The notes under the pieces: generated by a model
Told to the model about the DNA's origin: nothing
Databases searched by the model: none
What the model saw: only the letters and a program-made list of their open reading frames with translations
Part shown: positions 52,980 to 62,139 of the stretch, piece by piece
Layout: the number at the start of each line of letters is the position of its first letter
Position numbering within the stretch: the stretch's first letter is position 1
Position numbers and translations under genes: made by a program
Source: Candidatus Latescibacterota bacterium
Lineage (GTDB): Bacteria > Latescibacterota > UBA2968 > UBA8231
DNA length: 64,000 nt
Reading direction: 5' to 3'
NCBI GenBank assembly: GCA_965221775.1
Contig: CBDCSU010000006.1
Location: 2,368,001 to 2,432,000, forward strand

Positions 52980-53094
52980 CCTGACGAAGGGAGACGGCGG
53001 CTTCAAGCCGTCTGAGCGCCGGAAAGGGGCGGGTACCTCTGGGTGCCCGCCCTCGCTTTACCCTCTCACCACTCTGGAAAGGACCCAACCCCCT

Positions 53095-53977
53095 ATGAAC
53101 CCGCTTCGCACTACACCCCCGGCCGGCGGCGGTTCCGCACGCCCTGCCCGCCCCCGTGATCGTGGGCGGGCTGTTGGGGAACTGCGGTTTCCCGACATGT
53201 CGATCCGCCGACAGGAGGAACCCGAGTTGATGGTCCGCGACCACGCCCGGTTCTTTTCCGGGCCGTTCGCCATGACGGCCGGCTGCCACTACTGCCGCCA
53301 CACCGAGGTCGTGCGCCGCCATCCCCGCCCGGGTCGAGGCTGGGGATGGCGGGCGCGCAACGAGCTGACCCGCCGGATGCGACGGCACCTGGAGACCGAT
53401 CATCCGGAGCGCATCCGCCAGCAGAAGGAGACCCCATGAGCAAGCGCAAGGCCGCCCAGCGGCAGCGGTGCTACCACCTGACCGTCTGCGGGCTCAATGA
53501 CCGGCCCCACCGGGAGCGGTTCCGCTCCGACCCAGAAACCTACCAAGGGAAGGCCGTGGACCTGACCCGCGACTTGCTGCGCAACCGCTGGGGCCGGCTC
53601 TCCGTCACCAAGCCCGATGGCTCCACCTGGGACACGGACGTGCCCGGGAGCGGCCAGTGAGCACGCTACACCTGATCGACCACTACTCGCGCCGCTACCG
53701 CGCCAAGGAAGGCATCGGCGGCTCGTGGACCCGGCTGGACTGCCACGCCTGCGGCGAGCTGATCGAGACGGGCTCGAAGGTGATCCTCGAGAGCCGCCCC
53801 ATGGGCAAGGCTGGCAAGCCGAACGCCTGGCACCCGGCCTGCTTCGCCGGCCAGCAGCGGGAGGCGGCCCTGGAGCGGCACCGGGCCGAGCACAACGAAT
53901 ACCCGGAGTGGATTCGCCACCAGTTCGACGAGAAGCCGCAAAGAGGGAAGCCCGACCGGGTAGCGAGTGAGCGATAG
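53095..53977 (+). CDS. Three small ORFs ending the array (53095/53197-53439, 53436-53660, 53657-53977)
   Basis: Coupled starts; CxxC...H motifs (CHYC, CHAC...WHPAC). Confidence 0.6.
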
Positions 53978-54174
53978 GTCAGCCAGCCCCGAGCTGGAGC
54001 CACGGAATCGCCCCCTGGCGACAGACGAACCGGCACCCCTAAGCGCCCCCTCACAGTAGGGCCGCCCGAAAGCCGGGAGCCGGGCCACGAGATCGCCGCG
54101 ACCTGGGCAGCTTGCGCGGTTCCCGGCACGTCCCATAGATTCTCTCACGCCTCCCTGAAAGGAGCACTCCCACA

Positions 54175-54543
54175 GTGAGCGCCGCGAACGCCAAGGACCA
54201 GGTGAAGGCCTTGGAACACGAACAGATGGACCGCCTCACAGAGGCCCATGGGTTGATCGCTCAGCGCGAGGCTCTCCACAAGGGCTTGGTGTATTTCCCG
54301 AACCACCGTGGCACCATCACTCAACACATTGATGACATCGAGGCGCGCTTCAACCAGCTACGCAAAGGGAGCCGCCATGGGATGGCGTTGATGAAAACAG
54401 TCATAGAAGACTTACCTTTCTCCCCAGACCAAGCCGAGCTCATGGCGAACTACGTGCTGTTCATCGAAGGGCGGCAGTTGCCTGCGCTGCCCCCGCTGCC
54501 CAAGGGGGAGCTCCCCAAGAGCCACCGCCAGGGACGCGGCTGA
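54175..54543 (+). CDS. Hypothetical protein
   Basis: RBS aaggag and GTG start. Confidence 0.6.
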   Translation: MSAANAKDQVKALEHEQMDRLTEAHGLIAQREALHKGLVYFPNHRGTITQHIDDIEARFNQLRKGSRHGMALMKTVIEDLPFSPDQAELMANYVLFIEGRQLPALPPLPKGELPKSHRQGRG

Positions 54544-54562
54544 CAGAGAGGAACACGCACCC

Positions 54563-55093
54563 ATGATTGAACCTGTCCTGAAAGCAAAGTTGACTCGTAG
54601 CGTCTCGCGCTTCCTTCTGAGGCTGGAGGACCTGTTCGGGCCCCGTGACCGTCGATTTCCCTCCGTGGAGGTTGACCGATGGGAGTCTGTCTCCAAGGGG
54701 CCTTCCCAGATCTATAGCGCGGTGGATGGTCGCGTCACCATCATGATCACCGCGCACGTGAGCAACCTCGGAGCCCTGTGGGAGTTGGCGCATGAATGCG
54801 TCCATCTTCTGAACCCGTGGATCCCGGACATAGAAGGGATGCCGACCAACGTCCTCGAGGAGGGGCTGGCCTCTTGGTTTCAGAATTGCGTTGCCCATGA
54901 AAGCAGGGGGGAACTTCTGCCGGCCTACGCACGGGCCGAAGCTCTGGTGCGTCCGCACATGGTTGTTCTCCCCCCTGCCATTCGGCGCCTGCGCGAACAG
55001 GGCGTCCGCATCGGGGAGATCAACCCATCCCACCTCCACAGGGTCGTCGACTCCGCAACGGCGGAGCAACTGTGCCAGCGGTGGGCAGGGTAG
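54563..55093 (+). CDS. ImmA/IrrE-like HExxH metallopeptidase
   Basis: LWELAHECVHLL...NVLEEGLA. Confidence 0.65.
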   Translation: MIEPVLKAKLTRSVSRFLLRLEDLFGPRDRRFPSVEVDRWESVSKGPSQIYSAVDGRVTIMITAHVSNLGALWELAHECVHLLNPWIPDIEGMPTNVLEEGLASWFQNCVAHESRGELLPAYARAEALVRPHMVVLPPAIRRLREQGVRIGEINPSHLHRVVDSATAEQLCQRWAG

Positions 55094-55355
55094 AGCTACA
55101 GGATTGATGCCGGTTGGCAGGTTGCGCCGGCTGCGCGCCTGCCATCGACGTCGGAACCCTTGATCGTCTGCGGAGGTCGTTCTAGCCGTCAACTCGTCGT
55201 AGGCAAAGCAGGAGAGGCCCGCCCCCTCTGCGGATCGGGAGCGTCGCTCCGTTCTTCCCCCCCTCGAGAGCCAGAGGGAGAGAACCTTTCTGTCACCTCC
55301 CCCCTCCAACCGCTGGACCGCTGTCGTCGCCGCGTTCATTCTCGCCACGGGGGCT

Positions 55356-55676
55356 GTGGTTTCCGTGAAGCTGTGGGCCGATGCCTATACCTACGTCGCG
55401 TCCATGTACGGCTCCCAACGCTACGCGATCGCGCCGACCGGGCGATGGGGGGTGGCCTACGTAGTGGACAAGCAGACCGGGAAGACATGGTACATCCGAG
55501 GTGCCAACAGGTTTCTATCTCGCGCCCCTCGCGAAGCGAAAGAGAAGGCCGTGACTACACCTGTACCAGAAACTCCGGTCAGCCAGTTCCCCGGTTTTGC
55601 TGAATGGGCCAAACACGAGTTGGCCAAAGAGGAATCGGCCGAATCTGTTCCTGCGAGGTCCCATGTCAGCCCGTAG
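55356..55676 (+). CDS. Membrane-anchored hypothetical protein (start probably further upstream)
   Basis: RYAIAP...AYVVDKQTGKTW, with a hydrophobic segment upstream in frame. Confidence 0.5.
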   Translation: MVSVKLWADAYTYVASMYGSQRYAIAPTGRWGVAYVVDKQTGKTWYIRGANRFLSRAPREAKEKAVTTPVPETPVSQFPGFAEWAKHELAKEESAESVPARSHVSP

Positions 55677-55767
55677 TGGCCCGTGGCAAATGTGGGCAGT
55701 ATCGTGGGGGAAGAACACAGTCAACTTCGTAAGCGCAATCAAATCAATCACTTTAGATGGCAAGTTG

Positions 55768-55787
55768 GATTCCCACCTTCGGCACCA
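55768..55787 (+). other. att-like site: duplicated tRNA 3' end (tRNA-Leu-like)
   Basis: gattcccaccttcggcacca gives T-arm 3' half, acceptor strand and CCA with no 5' tRNA half. It is preceded by AT-rich aatcaaatcaatcacttta. Confidence 0.7.
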
Positions 55788-55848
55788 ACCTGTGTTCCCG
55801 CCTGTTCCCCCCTTGCCCCATAGGTCGGTCCTCCAAAGGGGCTCGCCC

Positions 55849-58800
55849 ATGCGCAGTCTGTCGATCCCCCTGCTGATTGCCTTGTTGCAGGTTCCCTTGC
55901 TCCCCGCGCTTTCCGCAGCGGCGTCTGGGGAACAGGCTTCCCCTGTCCATTATAGCCGAATCCCGCCTGTGCATCGGGCGATTCAGCCTCTGGACGGACC
56001 GTGGCCGGATCGTCGCAGTGCTGCCAAGAGCCTGGAGGTCTGTCCCTCGATGGACATCCCATCCCTTCAGGCAGACGCCCTGGTCGACTACTTGCGCTCC
56101 ACTTCGCATCACTGCGTCGAACAGTCCCTTCTTTCCCGCGATCCCGACTATCGGAGAGCATGGCCGGTCGTTTTCAGCGATGCCAATATGCAGTCGGTGT
56201 TTGCTGAGATCGAAAGGCTGGCTCCCTCGTATGACGGCACCAACGATTCGGGGATGCTCAATCTGTGGTTCTTTGTAAGGTCGGGCTACGGGCTGTACAG
56301 ATGGTTTCCAGGGACTGGCGTAGGGCCGTTCAACGATGCGACGGTCCAGGCGTTTCTCGATGCCTCGGACGCTTTCGGAGCCAGCGACCATCTTCTGGAC
56401 TCCAGTGGAATCTTCTACGAATACTTCGAGACCGGGTATGCGGCTGGCCTGCAAGAGATCCATCTGGCTCCGATCAATCGGGCGCTATCCGAATTCAACC
56501 CTGACGATCTCGACGAGAGTCTAACCATATCCAATTGGTACGCTTCAGAGAGTCTATCCATATTCGATAGAGTCGTCTCCCGCACATACGCAGCGTTCCG
56601 TTACTCCAGCGACAGGATGCCTGAATTCATCTCGGCTGCCTCTCAAGATCCGGCATTCCTCGAAGCCCTTCTCCAGGCGAGTCTCCATGACTCCTTCTAC
56701 TTCTTCGAGGAAGAGATCGATCCCTTTCGATGGAGACTGCGGCTTCTGGAAGTCGTGGTAAACACCATCGTCGAGCTATCGAAGCTTGATGCCTCGGCGG
56801 AGGCCGCCACTGCGGCGTTGATCGAGGTGGTCCAGTGGCAGGAGCGCCTGAATGGGGCTTTCCTGCTGGCCGCCGACCGGTTGGAACATCTTGTAGAATG
56901 CTCTCCTTACAACATCTGCCGAGACATCCTGGAAGCAGAGCTCTACGAACGAGCTCTTCCACGTACCTACCAACTCAACGATGATCTGGTGATCCAAACG
57001 CCTCTGGATATCGCCGCCGTGAGGCGCTTCGCCCAAGGGGCCAGGGAGATCAAGTCTCGCTTTCACCGGCTGACGGAAACCGATGAGGGGAAGACCCATC
57101 TCGATACCTTCCGGGTCAGGGCCTATGGTTCGTACCAGGACTACTACGAGGTTGAGCGATACCTGGCCCCTGGGGTCGAGACTCGTGGCATTCACGCGGG
57201 AGGCTACTACAGCCAAGGTGTGATGGCTTCCTATGACAAGAAGGACCAGAATACGACGCTTGAAGACACCTTTCTCCATGAGTATGGCCACTACCTGGCC
57301 GACCGGTATGGGTTACTGACGATTGGAGATCCCTGGTTCGATGAAGGACTGGCGGAGTTCCTCCATTCCGATCCGGCCGCGTTGATCTGGCAGATCGATG
57401 GGTCCCCCCGCTTGAGCCCATCCGAGGTCTTCGACTTTGTCTCCTACGAAGGCCATTCCTTTACCATAGCAAACCTCTATCTCTACTCCAATCTGTGGTT
57501 CCACTTCATGCACCAGGAGCGCCGGACTCAACTGATGGAGCTTCTGGACTTGGTTGGCGACGAGGACTCCCCTGGATATCAAACGGTGATTTCGGCCTGG
57601 CGTAGTGACTCTCAGATGGAAGAAGACTCCGACCGATTCCTGGTGGAGCATCTCGATGCCAGAGGCTCTTCGACGTTTGAGGCTCCGTACTCCTTCATCC
57701 TTCCCCCCTCACTCATGAGTGATCGTGCAGATGAGATCGAGAGGGCTCTGCAGGCAGCAGGCCCCGACTTGAGCTTGAATTGTGAGCCTCACGTCACCCC
57801 GCATGAGAGCAGGTTCCGATGCAGTGGTTCCCTGCCGGCCGACCCTGCGTTTTCGGGAGATCGAGGTGAGCTGAATGAGCACTTGAACGCTCGCCTGGAT
57901 GACTTCATCGCCGAGGCTCTGAATCTCAGCGAGATCAACAATCTCACCATGATGACCTGCTATTTCACGGATGTGTCCGGAGATCCACTGACATCGGATC
58001 TGCGATGCGAGGGCCCACTACGCCCAACCGACGTAGACCTGCAGTACGCCCACCTGCAATCCTCCGTGGAAGTGTTCTCCGACGAGGGGGGGATCCGCTC
58101 CGTGCAGCAGACTGGCTCCGGGGAAGTGTCCTATGTCGGGGAGCGCCTTCAATTGACCGCATACTTGGAATTCGATGTGCCGGAAGTCTCCAATGTCGTC
58201 TTTACCTGGACTTCCAATCCGGCTGTGGTTGAGAGTGGGGGGTACAGCTCTTGCGAGAAGGCCGGTGGTACTTTCGGTGTATTGGAAGTCGATGAAGGAG
58301 TCCAGCATTGCGGCACCGTGGGGGGCCAGTACTTCTCCGTCGCGGTCCTCGTCAAGACCTTGGAGCCTGGACTGCATGAGTTCAGCGTCTCCTTTGAGTC
58401 GTCGGAGTCGGAGGATGACCTCTCCGACAACACCGCGTCGGTGGAGGTGATGATTCATCGTATGCCTCAGCATCTGGAATCCGTATCCGGGTTTGGCAAC
58501 ATCGTGACAGCCATGGCGCCTTCTCACGACAACTCCATGCTGGCCGTCGGGTTGATTGATGGCCAGGTGGAAACCGTGGATGTGGAGACGCAAGCCGTCA
58601 CCACTACCTCGATGGGCAGTGCTCAAGGAGGGTCATTGGGGTACCCTGGCATACGATCCCTGGCGTTTTCCCCGAATGACTCTCTCCTGGCAGTCGGGTT
58701 GCATGGAGGAGCGGTCAATCTCCGGGGTCTGAGTACAGGCACATTGGAGGTCTTGTTGAGCGATCTTCCGGAGGGTCCGGATCTTGTCGTTACGTCCGTG

Positions 58801-60180
58801 GCCTTCTCTCCGGATGGCTCCATGCTGGCGGCTGGTTTCGGAGATTCCGACAGGGGTGTCCTAAAGACATGGGATTTGAGCACCGGTACGAGCGCATCCT
58901 ATTCGTGGGCCACCGGATACGTCCTCGCTGTCGCCTTCTCTCCGGATGGCAGCACCGTTGCTGCGGCGCTGAGCAGTGGTGGCGGTCCCGATGCGAATAC
59001 CGTCAAGCTGATGAATCTTGATACGAAGGAGATTCGGACTCTCTCCGGGCACAGAGAGCATATCAGTGACATCGCCTTCTCCCGAGATGGGAGCGTCCTG
59101 GTTTCAGGCGCGGCTGATGGAACCGTTCGAGTCTGGAATCTGGAGACCGAGTCTTCCGAGGTCATCCATCCTCCCAATGGGGTTTCGACAGTGGCCATCT
59201 CCCCTAGCGGAGATTTCCTGGCGGTGGCCCAGGGAGACGATACGATTGGACTTGTCGATTGGAGGACAGGCGAGGAAGTCCTCACGCTGTTCCATGCCTA
59301 CAGTGTCCACTCCCTGGCTTTCCTGAACGATGGAGGCACGCTCATCTCGTCGGATGCCCGCACGGTGGAATTCTGGGACGTATCGCATTGGACGGTCCTC
59401 AGCCCGGAGTTGGTGTCGATCCAGTCTGGCGACGAGCAGGAGGCCGACATGGGCATGGCGTTGGCGGAGCCCTTCGTCGTCTCCGTGCTGGATCAGCATG
59501 GAGATCCCTACGCGGGTGCAGAGGTTGCCTTCACGATTACCGCCGGCGATGGCACTCTGTCCACCGCCACGGCCACCACCGATACGAATGGACGGGCTTC
59601 GGCCACCCTGACGTTGGGCCAGGACCCGGGACCCAATACGGTCGAAGCCACAGTGACAGGCTTGGAGCCTGTCGTATTCACGGCGACCACGAAGGCGTCT
59701 CCTGACTTCGATCAGGACGGCCACGTCGGACTCAGCGACTTTTTCCTTTTCGCGGAGCACTTCGGCAGCAACGACCCCCGCTTCGATCTGGACAGCGACG
59801 GCTCGGTGGACTTTGCGGACTTCTTCCTCTTCGCGGAGCACTTCGGCGAGGAAGAGCGGACCAAGCTGATCGCTTGGGCCCATGACTCGCTCGGCCTGCC
59901 CGATAGCCCCCAACTGCATCAGAACACGCCCAACCCCTTCAACGGCCAGACCGTGATCTCCTGGTTCGTGATGAAGTCCGGACCAGCCCATCTGGAGGTC
60001 TATGCCCTCACGGGACAGAGGGTAGCTGTCCTGAGTCAGGGATTCCATGGGGCCGGTATCCACCGACTCCAGTGGGACGGCCGCGATCAGCAGGGCCGTC
60101 CCCTGGCCAGCGGTGTCTATGTCTATCGGCTCGTGACGCCAAGGGAGACATACACACGGAAGATGACGCTGCTACGCTGA
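55849..60180 (+). CDS. Secreted M9-type collagenase-like protease with WD40, Ig, EF-hand/dockerin-like and FlgD-Ig domains
   Basis: Signal peptide, M9_N-like YDGTN...LWFFVRSGY, HEYGHYL...WFDEGLAE, WD40 repeats and QNTPNPFN tail. Confidence 0.82.
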   Translation: MRSLSIPLLIALLQVPLLPALSAAASGEQASPVHYSRIPPVHRAIQPLDGPWPDRRSAAKSLEVCPSMDIPSLQADALVDYLRSTSHHCVEQSLLSRDPDYRRAWPVVFSDANMQSVFAEIERLAPSYDGTNDSGMLNLWFFVRSGYGLYRWFPGTGVGPFNDATVQAFLDASDAFGASDHLLDSSGIFYEYFETGYAAGLQEIHLAPINRALSEFNPDDLDESLTISNWYASESLSIFDRVVSRTYAAFRYSSDRMPEFISAASQDPAFLEALLQASLHDSFYFFEEEIDPFRWRLRLLEVVVNTIVELSKLDASAEAATAALIEVVQWQERLNGAFLLAADRLEHLVECSPYNICRDILEAELYERALPRTYQLNDDLVIQTPLDIAAVRRFAQGAREIKSRFHRLTETDEGKTHLDTFRVRAYGSYQDYYEVERYLAPGVETRGIHAGGYYSQGVMASYDKKDQNTTLEDTFLHEYGHYLADRYGLLTIGDPWFDEGLAEFLHSDPAALIWQIDGSPRLSPSEVFDFVSYEGHSFTIANLYLYSNLWFHFMHQERRTQLMELLDLVGDEDSPGYQTVISAWRSDSQMEEDSDRFLVEHLDARGSSTFEAPYSFILPPSLMSDRADEIERALQAAGPDLSLNCEPHVTPHESRFRCSGSLPADPAFSGDRGELNEHLNARLDDFIAEALNLSEINNLTMMTCYFTDVSGDPLTSDLRCEGPLRPTDVDLQYAHLQSSVEVFSDEGGIRSVQQTGSGEVSYVGERLQLTAYLEFDVPEVSNVVFTWTSNPAVVESGGYSSCEKAGGTFGVLEVDEGVQHCGTVGGQYFSVAVLVKTLEPGLHEFSVSFESSESEDDLSDNTASVEVMIHRMPQHLESVSGFGNIVTAMAPSHDNSMLAVGLIDGQVETVDVETQAVTTTSMGSAQGGSLGYPGIRSLAFSPNDSLLAVGLHGGAVNLRGLSTGTLEVLLSDLPEGPDLVVTSVAFSPDGSMLAAGFGDSDRGVLKTWDLSTGTSASYSWATGYVLAVAFSPDGSTVAAALSSGGGPDANTVKLMNLDTKEIRTLSGHREHISDIAFSRDGSVLVSGAADGTVRVWNLETESSEVIHPPNGVSTVAISPSGDFLAVAQGDDTIGLVDWRTGEEVLTLFHAYSVHSLAFLNDGGTLISSDARTVEFWDVSHWTVLSPELVSIQSGDEQEADMGMALAEPFVVSVLDQHGDPYAGAEVAFTITAGDGTLSTATATTDTNGRASATLTLGQDPGPNTVEATVTGLEPVVFTATTKASPDFDQDGHVGLSDFFLFAEHFGSNDPRFDLDSDGSVDFADFFLFAEHFGEEERTKLIAWAHDSLGLPDSPQLHQNTPNPFNGQTVISWFVMKSGPAHLEVYALTGQRVAVLSQGFHGAGIHRLQWDGRDQQGRPLASGVYVYRLVTPRETYTRKMTLLR

Positions 60181-60235
60181 CCAGAAGGAGCAAGGCCTGA
60201 GGCCGCGCTCCGGACTCCTGCCGGACAGCCGGCCT

Positions 60236-60622
60236 TCAGCCGGCGTCCCCTAGAGGCGCAACACTGGCATAGAAGTTGACGATGTTGCCGTCGGGATCGC
60301 GGAACCAGACGGACCGCCGGCCCCAAGGCTGGGTGGTGGGTGGCTTCACGATCGGCACCCGCATCGCCTGAAGCCGGCCGAACTGCCGGTCCACGTCGGC
60401 AACCTCGAACTCGATCGTGTAGCCGCCGCGCCCCGCGCCCTGCATGCTCCCGGCTGCCATGTGCTCCATCTCCTCCTCCGAGAAGATCGAGAGGGAGGCG
60501 CCCTTGGTGGAGAGACCGACGAAGGTGCTGTTGACACTCCCCTCGACGCCGACGACCTCGATGTAGAACTCGGCAAGTCGGCGGACGTCCTTCGAGACGA
60601 TGCAGATTCCAGTGAAGCGCAT
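60236..60622 (-). CDS. VOC/glyoxalase family protein
   Basis: PPTTQPWGRRSVWFRDPDGNIV. Confidence 0.9.
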   Translation of the reverse strand: MRFTGICIVSKDVRRLAEFYIEVVGVEGSVNSTFVGLSTKGASLSIFSEEEMEHMAAGSMQGAGRGGYTIEFEVADVDRQFGRLQAMRVPIVKPPTTQPWGRRSVWFRDPDGNIVNFYASVAPLGDAG

Positions 60623-60648
60623 TGGGCCCTCCGGGTGATCGTCCACTC

Positions 60649-61401
60649 TCACACGTCCAGCACATAACGCGCCAGCGGCGTCAGCCGCCGGTCCGTCTCC
60701 GGCCTCAGGTACTCCCGCTGGTCGGTCTGCTGCCGGTGCTCGCGGGCGATGAAGGCGCAGTGCAGGAGCCGCCTCTGCGCCCCGGAGCGGTTGCGGGTGC
60801 AGCCGTGCCAGGCGCTGCCGTTGAAGACGCCCACCGACCCGGCCGGGGCCTCCAGGCAGACCTCGCCGGGATGGGGCGCCAGACGGTCGGCGACCTCCTC
60901 CCCCACACGGCCGGGGAACCGGTGGCTGCCCGGCACGATGCGGGTGGCGCCATTGTCGGCGCTCATGTCGTCGAGGATCCACATGGAGTTGACCACGTGA
61001 TACCGGCCGGGGGCGCGCTCGCCGCCCCAGTCGGAGTGCAGCTCCTGCTGGCCGTGGCCGGGCAGGGGATCGTGGCCGTTGAGGGAGTGCAGCTTGAAGG
61101 GCCGCCGAAGCACGTGCCACACGGCGGCCAGAAGGGCCGGATGCAGGTAGACGCCGTCGAAGACCTCGCCCTTGTTGACGAGGTCGGCCAGCCGGCGCAC
61201 TCCTTCGACCTGGGCCACCTCCTTGCCGGCTTCGTCGCCCTCGCCTTCGAAGACAGCTTCGAAAGCCTGCCGCAGTTCCTCGAGCCAGGCGGCGCCGATG
61301 ATGCCCTCGAGGATCAGGAAGCCGTCCTCGTCGAGCCGGGTCTTCTGCTCCGGGCTCAGCTCGGCCGGCTCGAGGCCGAGATCGGTCAGTCGTTCGTCCA
61401 T
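60649..61401 (-). CDS. Phytanoyl-CoA dioxygenase family protein
   Basis: QELHSD, NGATRIVPGSH, WHG..N.S..RR. Confidence 0.9.
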   Translation of the reverse strand: MDERLTDLGLEPAELSPEQKTRLDEDGFLILEGIIGAAWLEELRQAFEAVFEGEGDEAGKEVAQVEGVRRLADLVNKGEVFDGVYLHPALLAAVWHVLRRPFKLHSLNGHDPLPGHGQQELHSDWGGERAPGRYHVVNSMWILDDMSADNGATRIVPGSHRFPGRVGEEVADRLAPHPGEVCLEAPAGSVGVFNGSAWHGCTRNRSGAQRRLLHCAFIAREHRQQTDQREYLRPETDRRLTPLARYVLDV

Positions 61402-61985
61402 CACGACAGCTCGTCCAGGGTGAGGGAGAAGGCGGGCACGAAGCGCTCCATGAACCAGGCCACCTCGGGCAGGTCGAGGGCCTCGATCTCGGCTTCGAGG
61501 GTGGCCCTGGCGCGGGCGAACTCCTGGTTGCCGCTGTTCTCCTCCTCCAGGCACTTGAGGTAGGCGCAGAGCTTGTCGGCGGCCTTCACCAGCCTCGCCG
61601 GCCCGTCCTCCCCATCGGCCATGATCAGCGGGCGGTAGGCGCCGCGCAGCTCTTCGGGCAGCATCTCGAAGAGGCGGTGTCTCGCCGCGTCCTCGATGCG
61701 TCCGTAGGCCGAGCGCAGGGCCGGGTCGTGGTGCTTGATCGGGCTCGGCAGGTCGCCGGTGATCACCTCGCTCACCTCGTGGAAGACGGCCAGGGCCATC
61801 ACCCTCTCCGGGTCGACGGGCCGGCCGAAGACCTCCCGTGAGATCAGCGCCAGGCCGTGGGCGATCATCGCCGCCTGCAGGCTGTGCTCCTGTATGTTCT
61901 CGGTCCGCGTGTTGCGCATGACCCCCCAGCGGGCGATGTACTTCATGCGCGCCAGGTAGGCGAAGAAGTGGCTGGTCTCCGGCAA
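61401..61985 (-). CDS. yfbR: 5'-deoxynucleotidase (HD domain)
   Basis: SHFFAYLARMKYIARW..MRN..ENIQEHS, TGDLPSPIK and VKAADKLCAYLKC. Confidence 0.92.
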   Translation of the reverse strand: MPETSHFFAYLARMKYIARWGVMRNTRTENIQEHSLQAAMIAHGLALISREVFGRPVDPERVMALAVFHEVSEVITGDLPSPIKHHDPALRSAYGRIEDAARHRLFEMLPEELRGAYRPLIMADGEDGPARLVKAADKLCAYLKCLEEENSGNQEFARARATLEAEIEALDLPEVAWFMERFVPAFSLTLDELS

Positions 61986-62139
61986 GCGGCTCGTCTCCTT
62001 TCCCGCGCGTTGACAGTCTCGGCGGCGCCCGGTTATTTTACGCCTTTCCTGCCGCCGCCGCGGCAAGCAGCTCTCCAAGCCGCTGCAACGTCTTCATTTC
62101 CAGTTACATACAGGCTTTTCCAAGGGCCTTGCCGTCGAC

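Larger units (their letters stand above)
1..55787. mobile_element. Composite integrative element / genomic island (left end outside window)
   Basis: Integrase and AlpA at left, primase-helicase, parA, DUF932, small phage-like genes, and a tRNA-3'-end duplicate at 55768-55787. It may be several nested elements. Confidence 0.65.

Noticed and set aside
42475-53977. Integron cassette array
   Set aside because: The genes are translationally coupled, the gaps lack RYYYAAC...GTTRRRY attC ends, and neither recombinase looks like IntI.
55700-55787. Complete tRNA gene
   Set aside because: Only the 3' ~20 nt fit; there is no D or anticodon arm, so it is treated as an att remnant.
1-55787. Intact prophage
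   Set aside because: No terminase, capsid, tail or lysis genes are recognisable.
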